DNA of 58,316 nt, counting the filler, from Dugesia japonica (lineage: Eukaryota), in NCBI GenBank assembly GCA_001938525.1. It is 6 parts of 6 records of this genome, joined end to end, with 100 filler letters (N's around TTAATTAATTAA, not from the genome) between each part and the next. Parts side by side here need not be neighbours in the genome. Positions count along the whole stretch, not along the records: positions 35,297 to 43,723 come from MQRL01498001.1; positions 43,824 to 58,316 come from MQRL01398792.1; 4 more parts are not named here. One strand, given 5' to 3'. This document shows positions 40,493-51,900 of this stretch, piece after piece; the stretch's first letter is position 1; each line of letters opens with the position of its first letter. The position numbers and the translations under genes are program-made. Below the pieces are notes generated by a model. It was not told the origin of the DNA. It worked only from the letters and a program-made list of their open reading frames with translations, and searched no databases.

Positions 40493-40640
40493 TTAAAAGG
40501 TTCCATAATTTTATTGTCTACGAAGTTTAAAGGTTCCATAATTATATGGTCTATGATGATTAAAGGTTCCATTATTATTTCGTCTATGATGTTTAAAGGT
40601 TCTATAATTATATGGTCTATGTTTTTTAAAGGTTCCATTA
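40493..40640. repeat. 33-bp minisatellite, ~4.5 copies
   Basis: GGTTC at 40499, 40532, 40565, 40598 and 40631; unit ttaaaggttccataattatatggtctatgatgt. Confidence 0.9.
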
Positions 40641-41294
40641 AAATAAAAAATGTGATTTTGCGAATCTGAGTCTAGTCAATGATGACTGATTGTTTTTAAA
40701 CAATTGTAGCAGTGTTCAATTTATAACCGGATGTGAACGGCTGAAAGCACTGCTACCAGAGACGCACATACCGTAATCGAGCTTAATCTAGTTAAAACTA
40801 TGCAAGTTGTTCGATAAATTCAATCATGAATGGACTCGATTGGATGCTAACGTCACTCCGTCGGACTGTACATATCTGAGGAGGTAATGTAATGGTATGG
40901 GATGAAAACAAGACTGTTTCTAAAACAATGCATGAAAATAATTAATAATTATTATTAATTTATTAATTTAAACTAATTAACTTATAAAATCATTTAATAT
41001 CTCAGAAAACCATTAAAATATACTTGAAACTAATTTTTGCAATACAACGCTGCATGCATCTAACACACAATCATTTAAGCCCATAGTTAACTTTGGCAAC
41101 CTATAGACCGATTTCGTTGGTCAAGTCTAATCTACCATCAAAACCCAAGAATCATCAACCGATACTCATTCTGTCGCGATTTTCAAAAAAAATTAATACT
41201 TAAAGAAACACACGCACCATCACCTAGAAAATATCAAAGCTTAACATTATCACATGTCCCACTCTCACTCTTTCATTTAAATCAAAATTTATCC

Positions 41295-42507
41295 AAATTG
41301 TTATATCTGGCCGTACATCGATGAATTAGGCCGACTCTACATTAAGTGGTCAGAAGAGCAAGGGATGGTAACCAAAAAGAGGACGAGCCAGGCCAATGAA
41401 CTAGTTAGTTTGAGAGCAGATCTGGACATGGTCAATCTGCAGCTCGTAATTAAGGAGGCAAATTTGCAGTTGCTCACGTTACAAATAGATCGACTAATGG
41501 AAATTATTGAAGGTACCGAGTCGGAAGCAACTGTGGGAGATAATACCTCGACATTGGCAGATGTGAAACTTAGCCTATATGAGAGTGAGACATCTGATGG
41601 GTCTGAGCGGTCCCATCGCAGATTTGCATGCTGTATGCACGAAATAAATGTGGTCAAATTGTCTAATTTAGAAATTTTGTTTAATTTTTTTTTAATTGAT
41701 TTTTCATCAAGTTGAAGAAAGTGATATGTATGTCACGATTTCGAGTAAATTAACTGCAGAGGCAGTGATAGAATAATCTTACATGAAATGAGTTGGCGGT
41801 TTCATAGTAAAAAGAGCACACATTGTTTTTTTTATCGGCGGAACGTTGTATTATTTTAAATCTGCAGCTTGTGTTTAAATATATTTATGATGGATGCAAT
41901 GATCGTAAACTCAAGAATTAATCCAAATATAAAATTTTGTTATTTCATATATTATTTTATTGATTCAAAAATTTTACCTTCTTTTAAATAATTTAGTGAA
42001 TCAATCACAGGATGGGAAAATGGCAGGGAAAGAGGTATTAACGCTTCAAAAGAAATTAAAAGAGGAAAGAAGAGAGGTCAGGAATAAAGTGTAGAGCTTA
42101 AAGGGGAAGGCCGTGAAGCAAACATCTAAATATAAGCAACTCAAAGAGAAAGAACTAGCCCTGCAGCAGGCCAATAGATTAATGGCTGAGATTAAAAAAG
42201 TATATGCTGATCGAGAATTTTGCGGGCACTGTGGTTTTTGTATTGAAGCCCACCGGAAGAACTAGAAGGCTAATTCCACGGTGGATTTGGGCGCATAATT
42301 TTGTACATTAATAAATAGTTTTCGATGTTGTGTTAGTTTCATCAAATTGCTTAACGGTTATGTATGACCAGTTTTATTATCCANNGATTTTATAATGATC
42401 AAATACTGAGCGAGTAATAAAGGGTCGTCAATTATCATCAAGTGAGAGCAAGAGGCGATACCGCAAAGTCGCGCTGGACCCAGGAAAGAGAGGGGCATGG
42501 TACAGAG
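41295..42507 (+). mobile_element. Unknown cassette copy B (includes ORF 41365-41715)
   Basis: Homologous to 35640-36864; ends AGGAAAGAGAGGGGCA|TG. Confidence 0.5.
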
Positions 42508-43417
42508 GTACCGTAATTGCTTGTGGTTTTTAGGTATGCCCCTAAATCTTATATTGGATTGTGGAATATGAAAATAATTGCGGTAAAGAGTGAATTAAAA
42601 TTTTGGTTTAGAAATCAAAATTCTAAAAACTTAACACAGGAAATGAATTAATATTTTTTTTGGAATAAAAGGATTATATAAATGAAAAAGGAATATGATT
42701 TTCGATCATCACTAATAAATATTTTATAATCATAAAATTATGTTAATAATAATAATAATTATTATTATTATAATAATTATAATTTTAATAATAATTATAA
42801 TTATAATAATAATAATGTTGGGGTGGAACACCCGGTCATGGTGTCAACACATTCAGGGGTTCCAAAAATGGGCAATTAAAAAGAGCAGAAAAATTGGAAT
42901 CAAATTAATTAATAAGCAAACCACACTTCAACAATAATCAGGAATAATAATTAAGAGGAAGATCAGAAATGCTATAATAACACGAAAAAGCGAATATTAT
43001 CACAATAAAGCCAACAGCAAATAATTATAATTAAAGGAATTATAATTTATAATCTAAAAAACGAGGAAATTATCACTAAAATATAATGGCAATTAACAAA
43101 AAAAATTAATTAATTTTATTCTTAAAAAGAAATTTAATTGGATGAAAATCTGTTTTAATGGAATTTCTCTGCTCTGGAAAATCTTAAAGAATCCAAACTA
43201 GAAAATTATGAGAGCTAAAGTTACGGGGGTATTGAATTTCTTAACGGTAAAGCCTTACCATTAACAGGAGGGTCAAAAGAAGGCTTTAAAGAGCAGGCCA
43301 ATGAGAGGCCAGGAAATAAACAAAAACCAAAGAGAAAAAAGTCACCTGGTGTCCTAAAAATAGGCACCAATAGAACAATCAAAATTCCCAGAAAAAATCT
43401 ACAAAACAGCTAAAGGG

Positions 43418-43591
43418 CTATAATATATGGTTACTATGTATTAACACACTCATAATTCTTATAATAGATAGTTGCTATGTAAATAATACAAGGTAACTAT
43501 GTAAATCATATACTCGTAAACTCTATAATACATGGTTACATCTATTATAAGAATTATGAGTGTGTTAATACATAGTAATCATATATTATAG
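43418..43591. repeat. 174-bp foldback / MITE-like element with ~52-bp inverted repeats
   Basis: ctataatatatggttactatgtattaacacactcataattcttataatagat versus atctattataagaattatgagtgtgttaatacatagtaatcatatattatag (one mismatch). Confidence 0.85.
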
Positions 43592-43823
43592 GGTCTATGA
43601 GTATATTATTTATTATTTATACTATATTATTATATTATATATTTTTGTAAGATGTGAGACCAACATATGTGGATAATAAAATCCAAGCCAATTGAATATT
43701 ACAAAATTCAGATTTAGTCAATCNNNNNNNNNNNNNNNNNNNNNNNNNNNNNNNNNNNNNNNNNNNNTTAATTAATTAANNNNNNNNNNNNNNNNNNNNN
43801 NNNNNNNNNNNNNNNNNNNNNNN

Positions 43824-44458
43824 GAGGAATTATCAATTGAGTTATATCTTTTATCATCTATAATTGGGTGAGGAATAATTCTTTGAAAAGGTTTTAAAAC
43901 TTCATTTCTGGTTGTATTATATGGTGTTGCAAGCTCTGTAATTTTTTTCAGCATTATTTTTTTATTCATTTTATCTATGTAGTAATCATGGGAATTTCCA
44001 GTGTTACTCGAACCATTGGATAAAGATTTGAATTTCCCATTCGAAAATCGGTTTGAATTGTTAGAATTGATTATTAATCCTTGATTTGGGTTATTACTAG
44101 GTACCAAGCGAAAGGTAGAATTTCTAAACGCTTTGAACGCATTTATTTGATTTCTTGGTATCAACTTTATTTCATTTGTAAACAGTTTATCTGAAACTGT
44201 ACTATTATTTTCATTTGGCCTAGAACAAATCGANNNNNNNNNNNNNNNNNNNNNNNNNNNNNNNNNNNNNNNATACTTATTGAAATTTTCATTTTCTTTC
44301 ACAGTTGTTTGGCAACCAGATTTACAGAAATTTTGAGAAGAATAAATTCCAGAATGGATTTCGTTGCTATTATTTGTAATTATATCATAATTACAATTAG
44401 AAATATTTTGCGAAAAATTATTTGTACGTTGTCTACCACCGTTATAGCTTTGATACAT
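43824..44458 (-). CDS. Candidate first coding exon of an N/S-rich host protein, truncated by gap
   Basis: ATG-initiated frame open for ~210 codons across one small gap; no domain recognised. Confidence 0.45.
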
Positions 44459-45308
44459 TACAAATCAAAATAACATTTCAAAATGAATTTAAATTAAAAT
44501 GTAACAAATTCATATGATAAAAAATATTTAGCAACTTGACAATTTTGAATTAAAATTTTATTTATTTTTTTAAATCAGAAATTATTTGTAGCCAATAAAA
44601 TTTAATCAATTTATTATTGAGTCAAATATTATTTAATAAAATTTTTAAATTTATTTTTAATTAAAAGATTATAAATAATAAATTATAACTCCAAAAAGTT
44701 TTTTGCAATTAATACAATTAGTACTTGTAGCAAAAATTCTTTGTCCATTTTTTTTATTAATTAACAAAGACAAATTAAAGAAGATTAAAATAAATACTTT
44801 AATTTGGTAACCAATAGAATACAATGTTAACAAATCTCAGTCAAAACAATCTAAGCGTTTTACCATTGTTAAAGTCAACTATATATATTCGCACATGCAT
44901 GAGTCTAACTTGGTTCTATGTTTTGTTATGACTTTAGTTGTGTTCCTTTTTAACTTTCAAAGAATGTTCGTTACACTGTATATTAGCTTTAATAATCGGG
45001 TTAATAAATTCAAAGCATGATTAATCATTTTGTACCCAAGTCCTGCTCTTGTAATACCAATAATTACTTGATATAATGTGAGATAATAATTTTTTCACGT
45101 AAGATTTTGAGCCGACATAATAAGCTGCAGAGTTATGCTTATTCTATTTGGTAGTTTAAGCAAAAAAATTATTTGTCAGACTGCTAACAAATATCACAAA
45201 ACACCAACTGATGAGATATTATTCTGCCTGCTCGATAAGTATGTATACTAATTTTTCAAGAAAAAAATTCAAAAATACAAACATAATCAGAAAATATAAC
45301 ATAAAATA

Positions 45309-45708
45309 CATTAAATTGGAAGTAGCGACGGGTGGTGTGTACGAAGGGTGTGTACATAATCAGCGCAAGCTAGTAACTTGCGCTTACTAGGAATTCCTCG
45401 TTCATGTGAAATAATTACAATTCTCAATCCCTGTTACGACAGTGTTTCATAAGATTTCCCAACTATTTATAGTAAGGTATACTCGTTAGAACTGCCATTG
45501 TAGCGCGCGTGCGGCCCCGGATATCTGAGAGCATCACATACATATTATTGCTCTTTTTCATTTAGTTAGACGCTATTTATTCTTCTAAGTAGTGATTATT
45601 TATGAGTTAAAATAAATACACAGCAAGTTAGAGTCTCGTTCATTATAGGAATTAACCTGACAAATTGCTCCACCAACTAAGAACAGCCATGCACCACCAC
45701 CCACTGAA
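45309..45708 (-). pseudogene. 18S rRNA fragment (3' third), degenerate
   Basis: Minus strand carries GGTGGTGGTGCATGGC.GTTCTTAGTTGGTGGAGC, GCCGCACGCGCGCTACA, AACGAGGAATTCCTAGTAAGCGC and GTACACACC.CCCGTCGCTAC, with substitutions at normally invariant sites. Confidence 0.93.
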
Positions 45709-47535
45709 AGTTAAAATCAATTATAATTACACCAACAGATAAAAAAATGAATTGGTAGCTCTATCTAAAAAAAACACAATGAATTTTTTTCAGAACATTA
45801 CAATAATTATGAAACAATAGATTACAAAAGACTACCAACTACAGAAGAAATTAAATTCAACAAACAATTAATAAAATATTTACTTTTAGAAGTTAAATGT
45901 CATGAACCAGTTCCATCATCGATGTAATGTGTTCCTAAAGATCACAAAAAAAAACAATGAAAGGAAGATCTATTGCAAACGCTTCTGACACTCCTTCTAA
46001 TGCATTATGCAAACATTTAGCAGATATATAGAAATCACTATTAAGTTTCATTTCGGCACATTTAAAGAATAGTAATGAGTTTATCGAACAAATTAAAAAT
46101 TTTAACTGGGAGAGTGATGATGAATTTGGTTCATTAGATGTAACAAATCTATATGGATCAATTCCCATTGAATGATCTGAAAATGTCATTGATATTGTAA
46201 GTGACTTCTTGGAAAGATACAAAGAACATACAGATATTACAGAAATCATCAAAAATGATTTCAAATGTATTTTCAATTTGTGTCTCTTCTCTGATAGCAT
46301 TTTCATCGGTGAACAACTTTTTAAACAAAAAGGTGGTCTTGAAATTGTTTATAATTTCTCTCCAATTCTAGCGATAATTTTCATGAACTTCATTGAAAAT
46401 CAAATAATTCTTAAATCAAACTAGAAAATTCATCGATGGTTTAGATACATAGATGATATTTTCTTTGTAACTAATTCTCCTTTAGAGAACATTTTTGAAT
46501 TAGCCAACAGTATAAATATAAACATTAAATTCACTTTAGAGAAATCAATTGACTTTCCGATTCCCTTTTTGAACACTTTGATCCAAAACAAACCTGGTGA
46601 TATATTAACTACCCAATTATATATGAAACCATTTCACAGTGGACATATATTACCTTGAAGTAGTAATACTACNNNNNNNNNNNNNATTGGTATAATTAAA
46701 GGTGAAAGAATTCGAGCTGAAAGACTATCTTCAAATGAAGAAATGAAATTGATTTCTCTCAAATTGATAAAAAATAAACTTTTAAATCACGGCTATCCAA
46801 ATAAAATTTATTCGAAATATTTATCTGTAAATACAAAACAAATTAAAATCAAACCAAAAACAAACAAAAGGAGAAATGTAGCCAAATCATGCAAAATATA
46901 ATAAAGAATTCTAAACTAGAACACAATCAACGAATTATATTCAAAACGCAAGCAACTTGGTCATCCAATTACAAAAACCAAGACAAAATCTTTGTGGTCC
47001 CAAATGTATTTGTGATGGTAAAAATATATGCAATAAGAAAAATGTCACTTATAAAATAACATGCACCATTTGTCAAGAAACATATATAGATGAAACATGC
47101 AGAACCATCCGAACAAGAATTAAGAAACATTTGAAACAAAAAGAAAGTGAAATCTTCAAACACTTTCAACACAAACATAAAATTTAACCAGAAAAACATC
47201 ACATAACATTAAAAACACTAGGAATGTCTACATTTCTACACTACATAGAAAAAAAACATGAAGAATTACTAATTAAAGAAAACATTCTTAAAATCAATGT
47301 AATTTATAATAAGTAAATTATTAATAATTAAAATAATTAAATTTAAGTAAAAATTTAAATTAACAACACTAAAATGTAATAAAAAAATTAATTCAAAAAT
47401 AATTACTATTCTAAAGATAAATCTTGAATGAATTAAAAAGTCAATTCCTGATGAAGACAAAGTCGAAATATAGAATTGTTATCAAAAACCAAAAAAAAAA
47501 CAAATTTTGATCGAAGCTTTTATTTTAAATGAATT
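45709..47535 (+). mobile_element. Penelope-like retroelement (RT + GIY-YIG), 5'-truncated, with 3' pseudo-LTR
   Basis: IIITPTDK, GSLDVTNLY, FKQKGGL...FSPILAIIFM, WFRYIDDIF, NGYP-like, NVTYKITC..CQETYIDET; stops and frameshifts. Confidence 0.92.
47442..47478 (+). ncRNA. Minimal type I hammerhead ribozyme in the PLE pseudo-LTR
   Basis: CAATTC-CTGATGA-A-GAC-aaa-GTC-GAAA-ta-TA-GAATTG: 6-bp stem I, intact core, palindromic stem III. Confidence 0.85.
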
Positions 47536-48902
47536 GATATAGAATATATATTCCAATATACCCTGATAATAGTCACAAGGCTGCTGTCAAATTTCATGTG
47601 GCTTATCCAAAAATACTAACATTCCGTTTGAATTGAGAAAGGCCACAAAATATTCCAAAAGTATATGGATTGAATCCTGAGAAAGTCCAAGTCATTTAAT
47701 GTTGATGACGTTGATGACGTTCTCCTGTTTTCACTGACAAAACCTCACACAGAATATATAAGAACGAATTTATTAAAAATAATGGCTCCTTTGCATTATC
47801 TAGTTGCTGACGTACGCAAAACAGAAAATATTTGTTGCTGCATTACAGATATTCAACTTTAAAAATCAGAAAATTATGTATTTTTATCTTTAATGAATCT
47901 GTCGCCAAACAANNTAGAATCAATTTCACCTGACATGGTTCAAATTAAATTTATTTAATTTATTTAAAAGACATCTTTGAGTTAGTATTTCTTTGTGCAT
48001 CTTTATGAATGTAAAATTAATTGCATTCTAATTGAAATTAGACATCAATACTAATTATTGTGATATGTATATCATTTTCTTATTATAAAGGGTACTAAAG
48101 ATTCAGACCCAAATTGTTTATATCACCTCAATTTTATTTGGTAATAAGAATGAAATGTTCAACAATTTTATGTTTATTATTATAATTCGAATCCTGGTTA
48201 TATAATTAATGTAACCTATCGTTCACGTACTTATCAAAAATGACTTAGATATCATTAGGTATTATATGTACGTCAACATATTCTTTCTATAGAAAGCGTT
48301 TCAATAAGCTTCAGAGGAAGATAAAATGATAGACAGGAAATAGATCCTGTGCAATCTACTAATATAATTATAAATGTGTTTGGTGAATAAAATGTTTGTT
48401 ATCATTAATTTGTTTTGAAAAATGAGCATCGAAATTCATTTTGTCGCTAACATTCAAAAATCTCAAAGATGGGTTTCTACAAAAACCCACTGCAATCGGG
48501 AAAAGAAATGAAATTATACATTTCCCCAAATACTTGAGGCTCCAGATAGAAAAATGTGCAATGAAGAAAGTAATTGAAGTTGTACAAGAAGATTTAAAAG
48601 CCTAGGAACACATCATGTACTTCTAAAATTCATAAGACCAATGAAAATAAAGATACGTAGTAAAAGGCTGACCAATCAGACAAGAGTGAATCATCTTGTG
48701 ACATTTGTGTGATAATTACAAATCGATACAGAGAACAGGAAATACATAGAATAAGTGCCATTCAGAAACATTGAAAATCTTAAGTTTATAGAAAAATACA
48801 AATATTTTAAAAACAAATATTTCATTAAAATATTATTATAAAAATAATTTATAAATCAATTATTTTTTAGATATTATTAATAAGTAAATTTTCGACTTTT
48901 AA

Positions 48903-51900
48903 ATGAAAGGAAATTTGCTTCAAGAAACTTATTTTAAAAACATTAATCTTTATAAATCTGTTCCGAAAAAGCAGATAATTACCGAAGAATTCTGGTTTGT
49001 TAATGCAGGAATTTTACCCGATTCGTATTTCGACAAAGCATTAGTTGTAATTGGAACTTATAAATTTAAAACTGATGAATTACGTTTTATTTTATTTTTG
49101 GGAATAAAATACTTAATTCATTATATTGAATTATTTTCATTTGATAATACTCCATTGTTAATTGAATCTATAAATAGACACCTGAAATATTTGGAAGCCT
49201 TATTAAGTAAACAGAAAAAATGTAGAAATTATCTTAGTTACAGTTATATTAATAAATTAAGATTTGTTTTTGAAAGTCTTCAAAATATTGAATATAATAA
49301 TTATGTTTGTCGGCAAATTTATATTGATCAATTGGAAAGATTTTGCTGTTTATTTTCATCTCGTTTGAAAATATGGATAAAAAATTCTCGGCTGCAAGCT
49401 TATTTGATAAGATTTGGATTTGATCCTTACAGAACTTCTGCTATTTATAATTCTTTTCTTGTTCCCAATGAAAAGAAATACATTGATCCATTATTTCAAG
49501 TAAATCAAAAATTTATTGAAAAAATGGGAACACGATGTAAATGTAAAATAATGCTGTCAATTGAAAGTACCGAATGCTATCTGTTTCCAGAATACATTAC
49601 ACTTGAAGTATTATTTGATTTGTATCATGGAAATTATATGGGTTTTGTAGAAATGTTTGGTTACGTAATTAAGCAATTAAATCCAACACAGTATTTTGTA
49701 AAATCTTGCAGAACAATTCTTATAGAAGGAGCCAGACTTTACAATATCTTAACTGACGTTCCAGTAAGAAAATTGAAATATTTAGAGAAAACTGTAATCC
49801 CAGGATGTCCATGCCCTCCTTTTCTTAATATAAATAGTATAAGTAAACAATTTCTCAATATTGTTGAAATGATTCGGGAAGAAGAAAATAATGTAGTCGG
49901 TTTTCGAAGTACAGAAAAATCAAAATCTTACAATTCCAATGAAATATCAGACGAGACCGGTTTGGATTTCAATAATGAACATTATTATAAAACTCATTCC
50001 AATGAAACTGAATTATCGAAATTGAAACAAAAAGTTGATCATTTAAATCATTCGCATTTATTGTTAAAATATTTCCAAGAAAAATATGATGAAGAAATGA
50101 TTAAAATTAATCTTAAGAACCAAATGAAAAAAAACAGATTATTAATGGGTATAAACAAATCGCAGACTCAATCTTCTTTGCCTTATGAAATTCCGTCGAG
50201 TAATATTAAAAGTAAAAGACATTTATCAAAAAATGACCAAATTATTCACGAAGCATTACCAGAAAATCAATTGAACCTAGAAATAAATGAAATAGATGAA
50301 AAAAAATTTGTAGATGAGAAAAATAAAAATCTAGAAGAAATTATGACACTGAATGATAGTGTTGATCCAATTTATCAGGAGATAATTCGTGAAGTTAATC
50401 AAAATCAATCTTTAAACGGCAATAGTCAGGTTAATGAAAGTAATATTACTTCAGGAAAAAATGAACAAGTTGAAAAGAAAGGTCTAATCGATTTTGTCAA
50501 TCTTACGCCTTCAGAACAATTTAGTATTTTATTAAACGAAACTTTTAACATTTATTCTGATGAATATAATTGGATAAATCATAAAATGCGACTTATGCTA
50601 AGATGCAGAACTGAACAAACAATTGACGATTTAAAATATCCATACATATTTGAAAGACGAACTATTAGCGATAGACTGAGACACAAACATGCTTATAAGA
50701 AAAAATTTTACAAACATAATTTATATAATCGATCGTACTCCAATATACCGAAATTAACGTCTAAAATAACAACAGTTTCATCAGATCAATCATGGATTTC
50801 ATTTGAAACTAATAAAATTTTATCTCAACATTCATTAACAGAAGAAATTATTGACTCAAATTCAAGTTCAAATTCTGAAATTAACATTTATGATGCTAAT
50901 GATTTAAGTAAAGAATTGCCAGATGTAGCGAAATATCTAAGAAAATTTGATATGAGATTAATGGATACATTTATTAGTCGAAAACTGTTTCGCAAGCAGA
51001 ATTGGATAAATTTTTTAGAATTGAATTTAAATTTTCACTATTCAAGAGAAATCGAAATTTTCAAGCTGTGTAATACAGAAGATATTTACAGAAGAGTTTA
51101 TGAAAGTCATTCAGATGAAATTGAGAGTTTTAAAGACCCACTGAAACAAAGAATATACGCATTACTGATTCTGCTAACAAATGAAACGATAACGAATAAA
51201 AATTTTCTTGAATTAATAGATGGGCAAGGAATAAACTTTACAATTGTTAACAAGATTAATAAATCTCGTTCAGCTTTTCCAACATTTGTTGGTAATCTGG
51301 ATAAAATTAAAAAGAAAGATTACATTGGTAATTTATCAAGATGTTTATGTCAATTAATGTATGATTTAATTCATCTTGGTTATGAATGTTCTTCTGAATT
51401 ATTTTACATTATGAAAGCTCACACTTCTGCTTTAAGTGAAATTTTAAAGAACATCAATGATGAAGATATACAATCAGCTTTTAAAACGTTAAACATAATA
51501 AAGGATTTATCAAAGTTCAATATAAAGTCAACTGTAAATGGTACAGGGCCAAATACATCTATGCTTCATCTAGCAGAAGAACTATCATTACTTCATGATA
51601 TAATTTTTAAAAACCCATGTTGTTCTTATAAAATACACAAACATCTTGGAATACACATAATCTATCATTCAATGCAGTTAGATGACAGATTAAACGCAGT
51701 CGAACCGTTTTTGAAATTACCTGGTGACAGAAGAATTAGAAAAATTGAAAAAATGTGCAACTGTCTTATTGCATTACGAACTGGCCAACATCCGATTGTT
51801 CCGATGAATCAATACCATGTAGATATTTATTATGACTTCGAAAATGGTAATCATTTTGGTGCCATGGAATTATTGAAACANNNNNNNNNNNNNNNNNNNN

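Noticed and set aside
40493-40640. CRISPR-like array
   Set aside because: Units are contiguous tandem copies with no unique spacers, there are no cas genes, and the context is eukaryotic
45309-45708. Functional rRNA operon
   Set aside because: Only ~400 bp, mutated at invariant positions, with no ITS, 5.8S or 28S nearby
45935-46306. 123-aa minus-strand ORF (and similar short ORFs at 12314, 17102, 41337, 46969, 58017)
   Set aside because: Antisense shadows of transposon or cassette coding strands
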